DNA of 64,000 nucleotides from Veleropilina oligotropha (GCA_048128005.1 JBEUKZ010000111.1:248001-312000); one strand, 5' to 3'. Shown: positions 13,761 to 27,628, counted from the first letter of the stretch. Numbers and translations: made by a program. Notes: generated from the sequence alone by a model not told the origin.

Positions 13761-14010
13761 GGCCACTCCGACAGTCGTTTGATTTCGGTAGCAGACTCTG
13801 AAATCACTGGCTTGATTCCGCTAACAAGAACAGTAGTGGATTCGAATCTCGGTTGGGGCATTGACATTATTTTTTCAGTTGTGAATCACGGTTGTCCGTA
13901 ACTGGTCGGAGAGGACGGGTTTCCCCCCTGCGACCAGGCTTTCCTCCCACGAAAATATAAACATGTCCTGCTTTGAACGTGATAGATGTAAATATACATG
14001 ACATTAAGTA
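13761..14010 (+). mobile_element. Diverged copy of the dominant tRNA-derived SINE
   Basis: TCACTGGCTTGATTCCGCTAA, B-box-like GATTCGAATC, GTTGTCCGTAACTGG, TTTCCTCCC core. Confidence 0.8.
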
Positions 14011-14419
14011 TTGATCCAGTCAAATTCAATCCCTAATATTGCAGGAGGAAAACACTGTGTTTTAGTTGTTACAGCAATATATATATATATTTAAATATAA
14101 TTTGTCTAGGTTTAAGAAGAGCATTACTGTCCATCATATAAAAACCATTGTAGTTGTGTGGTCATCTATTCTGCTTCTTACAATAGAAGATTTTACCGAT
14201 TTGAGAAAAAGTGTTTTCTAACGTCTTGTCGAGATTTTTTTTTGGAAGGCTTGGATATATGCCCCCTGGTAAACCTTTGGTTCGTCTGTAGCAAGTAAAT
14301 ATTGTCCTTTCCTTTCAACCAAAAAAGGAAACGCACGCTCACTTTTATAGAGTGTCAATACTAGGTTAACAATTGTTGAAAATTTAAGACATATCTCAGA
14401 CACTGACTTTCTTTTCCTC

Positions 14420-14578
14420 ATTAATGATGATGATGATGAATTGATGTTTAACGACCACGCCAACAGTATTTCAGATATAAATCGGGTCAATCAACTACGA
14501 TCATTTGAAAAATCCCCGGCTCTTCCGGGGCTTGAACCCGTGACCTCCCGTTTAGCAGACCTGCCACGCTGCCACCTC
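14420..14578 (-). mobile_element. Short tRNA-derived SINE with an I/Nimb-type 3' tail
   Basis: Minus strand: B box GGTTCAAGCCC, then GAAATACTGTTGGCGTGGTCGTTAAACATCAA(TCA)n. Confidence 0.6.
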
Positions 14579-15081
14579 CTCATGAATGAAAAAGAAGAAA
14601 AAGCCATCAACATCCCCAGCAATGATATATTGACAATTACTATAACTTTATGTTCGTGGGATACGTTGAAATATGCATATCAACTTTGTTTAAATAATGA
14701 CAAGAGCGGTAACTCTGTCAATAATCGCCACACAACATACAAATTAGTAAAAGGCACCAGTTCGCCAACTGCTTAAATTAATACACCCACCAACCAAATT
14801 ACTTAAAGATACGATGAGCGGTTTATGACATACGCTTCGGAAAAACAATTTGCACGGGAGGACGTAAATGCGCATTACATGCACGAAAGGTTATCATTTT
14901 AATATCCCCTGCAAATGTGTTTGGCATTGAATAATTTTAATGTAATTCTTTAATGATTAAAAGAAGGTTATTATCTCAGAAACGTTTTATTGCATTAAAG
15001 TTTCACAAATTATTAACCTAGTAATGAAATTAAATACAAATGCTGTGTGCGTTTCTTTTTGTGTTGAGTATATTTTAAACA

Positions 15082-15764
15082 CCTGAATCATAGGGCAGAA
15101 CACATTTGCGCGCACGTCGTGAGCACATTCACGCGCAGGAAAATGAACCAGTGCTTTTAAGTATGATAGAACATTGAGTCGCGCACGTCGAACGCACGTC
15201 GCGCGCACGTATAACTACAATTTCGTCCGTCCGTCAAAAAAGCAATCGATCCATTTTCCTGCGCGCGAGATATATTTTCGCGTAGAGGATTCCATGTAAT
15301 GACGTAATTTTAATTAAAATCGAAAGGGATTCCACAACTCTGGCCCAGTACAGACACCAAAATCGCTCACCCGTCATTCTAAAATACTACCTGACGCGGT
15401 CATGGTCCAGTTTCAGTTCTTTAACTGGTCTATAGATGGTATTCGCCTAATTCAGCCCTCTTCTTCAAGATATCCTATGTTTTGTCCTTACATGAACAAA
15501 GGCAACCATAACATCGTCATCAGAAGAGTAATAACCAGACGCCATTATTTCAAATTTAAGATAGTGAAAAAGAAAACGGGATTGACTGTAGAAACGAAAT
15601 CATTTATTGGATAACGAACAATTTAGTATTATTTGCGCTTGACGTGCGCGGCACATGTGTTCGGCTTGAACGTGCGCATCAAAATTGACGTGCGCAACAC
15701 GTGCGCCCACATGTGTTCTGCACCACGTGCGCCCACATGTGTTCTGCCCTTTATCCTATTCAGG
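15082..15764. mobile_element. MITE with TIRs and GCGCAC-rich subterminal repeats
   Basis: CCTGAAT..AGGGCAGAACACAT at the left; ATGTGTTCTGCCCT..ATTCAGG at the right. Confidence 0.6.
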
Positions 15765-15789
15765 GACAATGATATGATATATAAGTGCC

Positions 15790-16930
15790 CTTAGTTTATC
15801 CGCATGGTAATTCTATTAACTTTTTGGTTATCTTTTCAACTTATTCCAGAATTTGGATATCCTTTGAAAGATATGGGCTCCATGCGTACACTAAATATTC
15901 TAATCATTTGCTTGTTTTGGCGTGTTATGATGACTTTGGACTTGAAATGAAAGTCTCTCTTTATCACTCTCGATATTTGATTTCCCTGTTTGGCCGATTA
16001 TGAATACTGATTTGATGGTTTAAACATATTGTCTACCCATACATCCAAATCTTTCCCTTTGTCACTACATCTGAATTATCTGAAGTCATTTTATATTGTT
16101 GCTATAACCCACACGTATTGCTTAACATTTACTGGTGTTGAAAAGCAATTGCCAATCATCAGACCACTGCCAGATTATTTAAATCACTTTGGAGTTCTTT
16201 TGTATCTACATCAGTTTCGACAATTTTGTATCGTCTGTGAATTTTGTTTACTAGATGTAATGACGTCATCAATATGACGTCATTAATATAAGAGCAACAA
16301 CAATGAGCCAACAGTAGCACCTTATGGGACGCCAATTAATACCTGATCCCACCATGTCTTATTTCCATTATTACAACCATATTTTTCTCTTCTCTAGCCA
16401 CTTAATTACTAATCCGATTTTAATATTGGACATTTCACGCCATGGTTACTTGCATCAGTCGTTTATGTGGCGCTTGATCGATTACCTTTTGAAAATCAAG
16501 ATATATGATATAAACTGGTTTGACTCTGTCTTTTGGAGTTTTTACACATCACAAAAATCCAGTAAAATGGTTAAACAAGACCTTTTCCGAAATGACGTCC
16601 AGCAGGCGACGTGTAAATTGATACGAAGGCGTCGAGTTTGACATGAGTATTTGCCAAACTCCACGTGACGTCCTTTTGACCAATGAGACGTCGCGGATTT
16701 CGCGAAATGAAAACAAGACCTTTTCACCATAAATCCATCCTGATTAAGATTGTTCCAGACATCAGGAAGCTGACTTTTTTAGATATTTATGGCTGTGATA
16801 ATTCGTACTAATTCGTACGCTAATTCTGTTATTAGCAATATTATTTGGGATATATATTGTTCGGAGCATTACTAACATTTAGTAAGTGTATCTTTGTTCA
16901 GGAATTTCGGTGGTAATCTCAATACTTTCA
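15790..16930 (-). mobile_element. Degenerate CR1-type LINE fragment, same family as 59931-62685
   Basis: Reverse complement matches 61400-62230 (GTATGGGTAGACAA..TTTAAACCATCAAATCA..GGAAATCAAATA..AAGGATATC). Confidence 0.8.
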
Positions 16931-17699
16931 CAAAAGTTTTCAAGGTCTTGAAAAATATATTTTACTAGTGTCCTTTTTACGTATGACTACGCCCTTAACG
17001 TATGGGTAAGATCTTCGATCACCGGGTCACTTTTCCCAGCCTTTAATTTCGTTCTGATGAAGGCAAATATATAAAAGTCGTTATATCAGCTTTCAAAGTA
17101 CTTATTCAATAGTCTAGTTATGTTAAAATATTTTTGAATCTATAATTCTACCGGTAAATCGGTAAATAACGTCAGTTATCCCTGATTGTTTTTCCCAAAT
17201 GTAAGCAATCTCGGGAAAAATAAATAACTGAATACCATAGTACCTAGCGCTACTCTTTGTATTTGCAGTCTTTAACATACCAGGGTAGCCATTAATCTTG
17301 ACAACAAATTATAATTCGAGTATTAGTCCACCAGTTTGTTTTTTGATGCTTTCTGTCCTGTCTTTAATAACCCTTCAAGTCCATATCATGACATCGCGAA
17401 GGAAAGCCCGATCGCCCAGGAAAACATGCTCTGGCCGGCCAGTTACGGACAACTGTTACTGGCAACTGAAAGAAAAAATGTCATTGCTTCAACCGTGGTT
17501 TGAACGCACACCTGCTAGACAGCAGTCACGCCAGTAAATTGAGATCGACATGGTTCATCACTATAGTGTTATTCGAAGGTATCCCGCATATGTAAACAAG
17601 CAGATATACAGTTCGAATTATTTTAACTTAAAACTGATTTAAACAATATGCTGAAGTGGTCGAAGGATTGACAAAATTTAATGTCGTTCAACATTAATC

Positions 17700-18830
17700 A
17701 ATTATATAAATTAATGCATGGGGGTTATAACAACAGTCATGTCACATAAATGATCTTATGAAATCAACTTCAAAAATGGTCTTTGTGTTAAGAAAATTTA
17801 AATTTACTCTAAGTTTTCATATATTGTTAAAAATATATGCGATGTTCATTAGGCCAAAACTAGAATATAGATCAGAAGTATGGGTCGGTTTAACAGAGTG
17901 TGATAGCTACCGCATTGATTTGATCCACAACGAAGCAATGAGGATCATTGCTGGTCTACCTCGCTATGCGACCATCAAACATTTGTATGGAGAAACTGGA
18001 TTAAAAAACATAAGCGAGCGAAGAAAGAAGAAGAAGTTATGTGTTATTTATAAAATCAAAAGCCAAATGGCACCCGATTATCTATCCAACTTACTCCCCC
18101 TGCACGTTATTGAAATGTCATCATATAATCTACGAAATAGTGCAGACTTTGTTCAAATTGTAAGCAGGACTGATACTAGCCAACGTTCTTTTTTTCCTTC
18201 AACAATTCAACTATGGAATAGCTTACCTGTCTCTACTAAAAAGTATCCAACATTATCATCATTTAAAAGGGCGCTTGCACCGACAAAATCTAACCCGTCA
18301 TGTTACATAACTTCTTCCAGACGCCTTGATATTATTCATAGAAAGCTACGTAGAAACTGCAGTGCTTTAAATTACGACCTATATATATACAAGTCACATA
18401 ATAGCATCTGCAGAATGCTCGTGTGGCTATCCTAACGAAAATGCTGAACATTTTTGATACTAAATTGCACTAATTATACTAGCGAAATAACTATTCTCTT
18501 TAACAATTTAGGAAATTGCGAATTATCTTTAAATGTTCTGCTGTATGGCCTAAATTCATCACCCGCAGATACAAATAAGAACATTTTCACATATGTTTAA
18601 AATTTCATTAGTGTTACTGGTCGATTCTTATAATTACATTTCTGCTGACGGCCTCCGCTACAACACGCCTGTTTGTGTCTGTTACATTTTGTCTACTTGC
18701 GTAACGCTATATCATCTTGCTTATCATGTGTACCCGTTTAAATTGTATCACTTGTGGGAAAGGACACCTTGATCAGTTGTGTAACTGTTTGTCCGATCCC
18801 TTGAAATAATCAATAAAATATGTTTAAACT
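17700..18830 (+). mobile_element. LINE 3' fragment (CR1 group), related to 55000-59930
   Basis: ORF 17758-18435: IRPKLEY..VW, SFFPSTIQLWNSLP; 3' UTR ending CCGATCCC..AATAAAATATGTTTAAAC as at 59887-59923. Confidence 0.85.
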
Positions 18831-18845
18831 ACACTAACAACAGTA

Positions 18846-19082
18846 GGGCCGCGTCGACTGACAGTACAGTGGTTTCGATTGTGGACTCCGAAAATCACTG
18901 ACTTGATTCCGCTGGTTCGGCCGGGGCAGCACACATTTGTTCAAATTATGAATCACAGTTGTCCGTAACTGGTCGGAGATGGCGGGCGTACCCGGGCGAC
19001 CGGCTTTTCTCCCGCGATAATAAGGACATAGCCTGATTTTAACAAAATGATGGTTGGCAATATACATGACATTAATCATTAG
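18846..19082 (+). mobile_element. Copy of the dominant tRNA-derived SINE
   Basis: GGGCCGC head, TCACTGACTTGATTCCGC, ATGAATCACAGTTGTCCG, CCCGGGCGACCGGC..CTCCCGCGATA. Confidence 0.8.
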
Positions 19083-19163
19083 CACCAAGATAGAATATCA
19101 CATGAGAATGATGAAGCGTCACACCATTTATAAATGCAAATCCATCAAGCACGCATAGGTCAG

Positions 19164-19522
19164 CGGATGGTCAGAGAGAGCGAGCGAGAGACCCTGCATC
19201 TAATATACGCAATTCAATAATATCAAATAGTATATTGATTTTTAAGTAGTTAATTTCTGTGCTAAGTCCAACCGGAGATACGTATTGTTAATTATACCTT
19301 ACCCTAGCAATTGATCAGCTTAATCCAAAAGGATGGTCAGAGAGAGAGAGAGCTATACAGATCAGAGACTTTTAAAAGGACCCCAGGTGCATGCATCTAA
19401 TACGCAATTCAATAATATCAAATAGTATATTGATTTTAAGTAGTTAATTTCTGTTTTAAGTCCAACCGGAGATACTTATTATTAATTAAAACTTACACTA
19501 GCAAATAATCTGTTTAATCCAC
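19164..19522. repeat. Imperfect tandem duplication (~170-195 bp)
   Basis: GGATGGTCAGAGAGAG..GCATCTAATA..CAATAATATCAAATAGTATATTG..AAGTCCAACCGGAGATAC occurs twice. Confidence 0.8.
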
Positions 19523-20035
19523 ATAATTAACTTCCTTATCCCTGCGGATCTGTCAGTTTTGTCATATATCTCAAACATAAGCTGTTTCCTGTGCTTTGTC
19601 ATTATCCGCTGGTGTTATATACCTAGCTTCCATTAAATCGCCTCTTTTGTGCTTGTTAAGAGATCGTCAACACAACAATATATTATCAGAATTATGTTAT
19701 TTCCATGCATATAATGACGATTAAAGTCGCAGAGTACAAAAAGCATCTCTTATAGTCACACTGTGGGGTATATTGATTGCTATGTATTACCACCGTACGT
19801 TTCTAAAACGTAGTAAACGGTATTATACGTATATACGTGTGTACATTCAAACGTAGTAAAACATATTAGGTACGGTATGGCTATATACTATACGGCTGTA
19901 TGTATGGATATATATGGTTGGCCCCGCTACGTTTGTTTCTGACATGTTCAAAATTAACGTGGAGTCTCGATATGCGTAGCATATACCTATTGAAATGTCG
20001 TAAAACGTATAAGATTTGAGCAAAACCGTACTTGG

Positions 20036-21189
20036 CCATACCTGGAGGCGCACTACATACGTATTATCTACGCTGTTACTGCGTCTTGCGGCGTACCTGG
20101 AGGCACTACATACGTATTATCTACGCTTTTACTGCGTCTTGCGGCATACCTGGAGGCTCACTACATACGTATTATCTACGCTGTTACTGCGTCTTGCGGC
20201 ATACCTGGAGGCTCACTGCATACGTATTATCTACGCTGTTACTGCGTCTTGCGGCATACCTGGAGGCTCACTACATACGTATTATCTACGCTTTTACTGC
20301 GCCTTGCGGCATACCTGGAGGCTCACTACATACGTATTATCTACGCTGTTACTGCGTCTTGCGGCATACCTGGAGGCCCACTACATACGTATTATCTACG
20401 CTTTTACTGCGTCTTGCGGCATACCTGGAGGCCCACTACATACGTATTATCTACGCTTTTACTGCGTCTTGCGGCATACCTGGAGGCCCACTACATACGT
20501 ATTATCTACGCTTTTACTGCGTCTTGCGGCATACCTGGAGGCTCACTACATACGTATTATCTACGCTTTTACTGCGTCTTGCGGCATACCTGGAGGCTCA
20601 CTACATACGTATTATCTACGCTGTTACTGCGTCTTGCGGCATACCTGGAGGCTCACTGCATACGTATTATCTACGCTGTTACTGCGTCTTGCGGCATACC
20701 TGGAGGCTCACTACATACGTATTATCTACGCTTTTACTGCGTCTTGCGGCATACCTGGAGGCTCACTACATACGTATTATCTACGCTGTTACTGCGTCTT
20801 GCGGCATACCTGGAGGCCCACTACATACGTATTATCTACGCTTTTACTGCGTCTTGCGGCATACCTGGAGGCCCACTACATACGTATTATCTACGCTTTT
20901 ACTGCGTCTTGCGGCATACCTGGAGGCCCACTACATACGTATTATCTACGCTTTTACTGCGTCTTGCGGCATACCTGGAGGCTCACTACATACGTATTAT
21001 CTACGCTTTTACTGCGTCTTGCGGCATACCTGGAGGCTCACTACATACGTATTATCTACGCTTTTACTGCGTCTTGCGGCATACCTGGAGGCTCACTACA
21101 TACGCATTATCTACGCTTTTACTGCGTCTTGCGGCATACCTGGAGGCCCACTACATACGTATTATCTACGCTTTTACTGCGTCTTGCGG
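20036..21189. repeat. 55-bp minisatellite, 21 copies
   Basis: Unit GGCATACCTGGAGGCTCACTACATACGTATTATCTACGCTTTTACTGCGTCTTGC; the three overlapping ORFs reflect a stop-free unit. Confidence 0.97.
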
Positions 21190-21345
21190 TGTTTTATTTA
21201 TACGTTTTAGTAGGTTTCAGTTGGTATCTCTTGGTGTCAATTCGCTTTAGTACGTACTAGTAGTTTTACGCTATGTAAAATAAATTTAATAGTATTATTA
21301 TTATTAGGTGTTGTTTATGCGGCAAGCACAAATACCCTCGTGAGC

Positions 21346-21920
21346 CGATACCATAAAACGCACGATACGATTGGCAAGGCGTCGATACCATAAAACGCAC
21401 GCTACGATGGCAAGGCGTCGATACTATAAAACGCACGCTACGATGGCAAGGCGTCGATACCATAAAATGCACGTTACGATGGCAAGGCGTCGATACCATA
21501 AAACGCACGCTACGATGGCAAGGCGTCGATACCATAAAACGGACGCTACGATGGCAAGGCGTCCATATTATAAAACGCACGCTACGATGGCAAGCCGTTC
21601 ATACCATAAAACGCACTTCACGATGGCAAGGCGTCGATACCATAATACGAACTCTACGATGGCAAGGCGTCGATACCATAAAACGCACTGTAAGGTGGCA
21701 AGGCGTCGATACAATAAAACGCACGATACGATGGCAAGGCGTCAATACCATAAAACGCACGCTACGATGATAAGGCGTCGATACCATAAGGCGCACTTGA
21801 CGATGGCAAGGCGTCGATACCATAAAACGCACGCTACGATGGCAAGGCGTCGATACTATAAAGCGCACTTGACGATGGCAAGGCGTCGATACCATAAAAC
21901 GCACGCTACGATGGCAAGGC
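21346..21920. repeat. 36-bp minisatellite, ~16 copies
   Basis: Unit CGATACCATAAAACGCACGCTACGATGGCAAGGCGT. Confidence 0.95.
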
Positions 21921-22589
21921 ATTATAATAATACACAGCGTGCGGATTAATCGCACTTCAATGCGTAACTAAATTATTTCAGAAACATGATAAGTTGCACC
22001 TAATATTTGGAATCGAACGCACATTTCGACGAACATTTTATATATGCGAGTACATTAAAGGTGCACCGTCACTTTTGATACGATTTTAATGTTTTTAAAA
22101 AAAATGTTTTCATGTTATGGTATTTTCTGGTGGAAAAATGTCTCCTGAATCTATACCGAAAATTTTACACTTATTGGTCACCTCAAAATATAACAAATGA
22201 CCCCAGAAGCATGCCTCCCCTAGCTTGTAGCCCGTGCCACGATTTTTGACGTTACAGTTTATGTTGAAATGATTCCCTTTTAGGGGAACCACCTACACAC
22301 ACTTTCATTTAAAAATGGCGGACGCCATGAGTTGGTTGTCACTGCCAAGGGGAAGAAAACAATAATGTTGCGCTGATATACGGTGGGTAGAACATGAATT
22401 TAGTAATACAGAATCATATATTGATAACTAGTCGTCACTTTGAAATATACTGGACTTGTTGTTGTTTTTATTGACAAGTACGTGCGGATTGTCTGTGACC
22501 ACAGCGGCAGTCGCCTGGATCGATCGCTGCTTATGGTTCGTCTGTTTACTTTTAACGATTAGCGCAGTTAATTGTTGCTATATTAATTA

Positions 22590-22960
22590 CTAGCGGGCAC
22601 ACCCGTTTAAAAACGGGTGATTTCGCCCACTATCCGTCCCACAGTCCCAAGACTCCCTCAATCAGGTCACGCAATCTCTCTATTTCTATATAACAGTGTC
22701 AGTGAACTTGACCAAATCGAACGGGCGCATAAGTCGAAAATTATTATTGACTATACTAGTATATCACAGTCCCTGGTACTCCAATAACGTTAGAGGCTGC
22801 TATATACTTCCTACACAACACGTAAGTCAACCAGGACTCGTATGTTATAGGAGTAAGTGCCTGGACGATACGTCACAAAATAAATGAATAAAGTAGCGAA
22901 ATGATCGAAAATCGACAGGCAAAAAGCCCCACCCACTGATTACTCTATATAACAGTAAGC
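22590..22960 (-). mobile_element. Non-autonomous Helitron
   Basis: Minus-strand 3' end: CACCCGTTT-TT-AAACGGGTG hairpin, then TGCCCG-CTAG-T; probable 5' end CTTACTGTTATATAGAG. Confidence 0.65.
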
Positions 22961-25124
22961 AATCTGTGGGTGTGGATTTTGTATGGCGATTTCGATACTT
23001 TTATCGTCCAGGGAGTGTGATTACATAATATAGCAACTGTGAACTGCAGTAATCGTCTAACGTAAACAGACGAAGGATAAGCAGCGATCCAGCCCCTTGT
23101 GGGCAGTAGCGATGTCTGCGCGTGTGCAGAAATTGGTATGCCATGCCCTGACTGAGGGTACTTTGCAGTTTCAGGGTCCCCGGGTTAGTAATCGTGTGTA
23201 TATTCATGACTAAGAGCATTAGGGTCAGTGTATTAGTAAGCACGGTTCTAACGCTATAACTGGGGGACCCTTAATCTGCAAGTCCCCAAATAGTTGCACA
23301 TGAATTTGTTTCCTTTTTCGCACGTATAAAATATACTGTATACAAATATTATATAACTGTAACATTACGACAGCATTATCGATATGTTCAAGTTATAATC
23401 TGGTAAATTATATGCAACGGTTTTCTGATAGTGGCGCGGGAAGCAAATCGGTTTTGGGGGTAAGGCAGGAAATGGCACTTTGCATAACTATTTTATATAA
23501 AAGTTATTTTGAGCTGTGCATTGGTGCATGAGTATGTGTGATGGGGGGGGGGGGGGGGGGTTCAATTTGTTTTATATCTTGTGGTATATTGTTGAGGGAA
23601 TATGTTTTAAGCTAACCTTTAGTTTAAAAAACTAAAATTTATCTTATACAGTTTTGATTAATGATTGTTGTGATCCTGTATATATCACATGAGAGAGTAT
23701 ACTATTTATACTTTATGCATGTTGTTTAAAATACGATGTATTGACTTCAAGGTACAATATTATTTACACTAGTCTATCCTTATTTAAAGTTTACATAGAA
23801 GTTAAGCAAAAACAGTGACAGGTGGATGCAGCTGTAAAGAGGAAGAAGAAATCGTTAAGAGACGACGTGTGGATACATGATCCATGAGAAGATGCGACTT
23901 GCTTTAATAATAATATGGAAACTGGCCCAATAGGATTTAGAGGATAATTGCTTCGATTCCACCACAATAAACAGTCAAGATTGTAGCAGAACAGGCTACA
24001 AGTATTCACAGTTCAGATTCGACTTGAGGATGTAGAGTGAGACATTTGGGATCATCCTTTGGTTCACAGAATATTTACAGTGTTGCTGTCAGCACTTTAC
24101 GTGCCGTCAATGATCATGTGATATAGTGGCCATGATCGCAAGACTGATTCTACAGACTGTCAGTGTGTTAATGTATTTCTTTGCTTTGCTGTGCTGTATT
24201 AACAGACTGAGATTCCTGTAACCTTAAACAGTCCATTTGCATTTATTATATAATTTCAACCAACTGATCATACATGTCATATTGGGATACTCATATTTTC
24301 GAGGAATGAAAGTCAAAATCAACTAGTTAAACCCACTTGGGCCTGACAGATATTGATATATGAAGTAATACATGTGTAGTGTCTTACAGCAGCAACAGAA
24401 TCCGCTCTGTATAACATGAACAAACAGCAGTCATCACTGCTTATTGCCAAGGCAACATAGGGACAAGCCATAACATTTAATTAGTTGTATCAACGACATA
24501 ATATATCAACCATTTCGTTGGCTTTTATACTTGGTGTTTTTGTATCAAGATGAAATCTAGACTATTTTTGTTTGTATTGCATACTAATTGTTTTTAGATA
24601 AGCAACATGTCGATCAACTATGCCCACCTTATGCAACAGAGTTGAGACTTTTAAATAATTGATAGTTTGTATGTTATAACACTAATCCAGTCTAACTATA
24701 GTCAGGACCCCTGGTTTAACCTTGTTTTATCCATTCTGAGAGTCTTTGTCTATAGTACGAATGCAGTATTACGTGATCACCTTCCAATAATTGATATCGC
24801 TTAAAATATGATTTACTTTATTTATCTGACGACAAACATTCCACTCGATGATGTTTTTTTCATATTTATTGAGAAAAAGATTGTAAGAAAAAATCTGTAT
24901 TTAAAATTGAAGGATTTGTCAGCAGTTTATAGACTAATACTCCTGATAGTGACATAATCACATTACATATTAATCATGTGTACGTGACGTCAATTTGGGA
25001 AAAATACTCCGTTATTGACAACTGTGAAAAAATCCAGTTCATTGACAAAATAGTGAATGTCCCTATAGCATCAGTTAATTGTTCCAGACTACTTTTCATT
25101 ACACAGACTGGTAGTCATGTTTTC

Positions 25125-25330
25125 TCGAGTGCCGACTCTGAAGTCACTGGCCCAATTGCGTTAACTAACAGGAGTGGGTTTGAATCTCAGTTGGGGCATT
25201 AGCTTTCTTTGTTCAGTTGAGTTGTCCATCACAGTTGTCCGTAACTGACTTGAGGGGGCGGGTTTCGCCGGACGATAATATGGATTGTCTTGCCTTGAAC
25301 CAGAGAGTTGTACATATACAGGACATTCTT
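25125..25330 (+). mobile_element. Diverged copy of the dominant tRNA-derived SINE
   Basis: GACTCTGAAGTCACTGGC, GGTTTGAATC, CACAGTTGTCCGTAACTG, TGCCTTGAACC, GGACATT. Confidence 0.7.
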
Positions 25331-26666
25331 GATTGTAATCTTGAGAAATATCGATCTGAATATTTTATTGACTATTCATCATTAGGAATGACTCTCTGGG
25401 CACTAACTATCACTTTTTCAAAATTCCACAGTGTAAAATCAGAAGGCTGTATGCCAGTCATGTCTGCAGATATCCATTTTGTTGATGTGGGGTAAAATAT
25501 TTTATCTGTATATTTTGAAAAGGTAGTTCCAGTAGATCTAGGACTATGTGTTTTAGTTTATGCAATTTTGAAACAACTATATTATCAATATTTTGCAATT
25601 GTTTGTTTGTTGATCAAAGTACAGGTTGTATGGCATAATGCATTGTACATGTACTAACTTTAATAGCATATGGGACTGGTCTACGGATTCAAGGCTTAGT
25701 GATTCAAAGCCATTGCACACAGTGTCTATCTTATCGGATAAAGGCATACAATTCCGGCTGTCCTGCCTGTTATATAACCGAAGTAAGATTCAAATGTGGA
25801 TGTTAAACATACACCAATTTTGCATATAATATTCACAAGTGTTTGTTTGTTCACTCACTCACTGCCTAATTTTTTTCTGTGAAATTACCTGGCATAATTA
25901 ATATCTAATATGTAATCATAGACATACTTTGTAATAAACTATTTACTATCATTTATGTGACAATGTCTCTCTTTTTGTATCCACCGGGAAAGCGACGGGC
26001 TAATTGTCTGCTGTCAAATATGTTGGTTAAAGTTTCTCATTACTGCTTTGCAGATATTTGGAGCCTATTATGTACTTAAATGTGTATTACTGTATATATG
26101 ATTCTTCAGATACTCTGCCAGTGATTATATGTTCATGCAAATCTAGGCTAAACATTTTCGTGGTACATTTTGATCAATGGCTCTGTTCAGATGTATAGAT
26201 ATTATCTCGAGAGCAAAGTCTGATCTTACAGGAAAACCCACCCTCTCAACCAGTTATAGAGAAAATTGAATGGCAACTGGTCAAATAATGCCACAACTGA
26301 GAAACACTCCTGTTAGACAGAGCATTCAAGCTCATTGAATGTATTGAATTCACAGTCTGCACTCTGGTTCACTCGGCTACCGGAGCGGCCAGTCTAGATG
26401 AAAGATTAGGAAACTGTTGTAATCAGTCATATGATTTGTTCTGTGCGTTTATCATGCTGTTTCTATGACATAAAATCACATGTGCAACATGCAAGATAAA
26501 AAGATTAGATGCAATATCAATCTATTTTAGCTCTGAATTGTTGTTGATTGAAGGCACTTTTGGGGTACGATGGAGATGGAGAAGGCTATGGATAACAATT
26601 TTGACAGGTATTATGGGTTGCAGGTGTAATGTCAGATTTATAATATGAAACTAACTAAATATTTAA

Positions 26667-27628
26667 AGATGCTGAATCTACATTCGTATGATATTTCATA
26701 TAAAAGAAAACCATAAATACGATATGGTATCTATACATGACATGTTTTTAGGACGAAGGAAAAGTTAAAATGCAACAAAAAGTGTTGCTGGCATTTAATA
26801 ATCGCTTCAGCCGACGTGGTATTTTATTCGAGCGCGTCAACCTCCGATAGCCATCTTATCTCATTTATCGTTATTGGGTCAAACGTCGCGTGGTCCCGTC
26901 GATATGATTGACGTGCAGATCGAGCAAGCAAATCAGTGGCGTTGGATCTAGGTCAGTGTTTACTAGTATTAGCAGTTCGCTGAAATTGATGTATTGCATT
27001 GAAATATATAGCTAGTTTCACATAATTGTAGTATATGGCAGCAATACTAACATAATAACCATATTTATTTCACCAACTAATTAGGCCTAATGCGCACCTC
27101 GACATTGTAATGGAATGGGCATTCATTGTTTAAACTCAAGTGCTTCACTTTTTCTTTACAGATTGAAGTAGCCGCATCCAATTTTCATTGATCGCGTTAT
27201 TTATTATTTCCAGTTTTTCGCAAACATCCATTTTATAATCAGAAGCAGTGACAGTCGATAACGACGGCCTGCCTCTATTTATCTTGTCGGCATCCGCCAT
27301 GGAAACCGATATAAACAAAACTCAGACAATGACGACCTAGAAATGACCTGGTATAAATAGATCGCGGGAGTGATTTAGGGCGGAGCTAAGATTCCGCCAA
27401 GCCGTCATTCATTTCCGTATAAATCTCACGTACCATCGGCTCGAATTATGAGATCGATCTCATAATTCAATAAAAAAAATTCAAATATTTATTACTAAGT
27501 GAAAAAAAAATTTCCCGCGTGTGGTAATCTCTGAAAGGTCCTAACTATATGCAATAAATCAATGCAGAAAGTGTAAGAGAGAACAGCATTTAAATACGTT
27601 TTAGCGATCTGAAGTAGATCCTGCATCT
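26667..27628. mobile_element. Non-autonomous Kolobok-like MITE
   Basis: TTAA|AGATGCTGAATCTAC ... GTAGATCCTGCATCT|TTAA. Confidence 0.8.

Noticed and set aside
20036..21189. CRISPR-like array
   Set aside because: No unique spacers, no cas genes, eukaryotic context.
20016..21949. Long ORFs of 333-414 aa and the 192-aa MARRRYHKTHAT ORF
   Set aside because: They are translations of 55-bp and 36-bp tandem repeats. The first is open in all three frames, and the protamine-like look of the second has no independent support.
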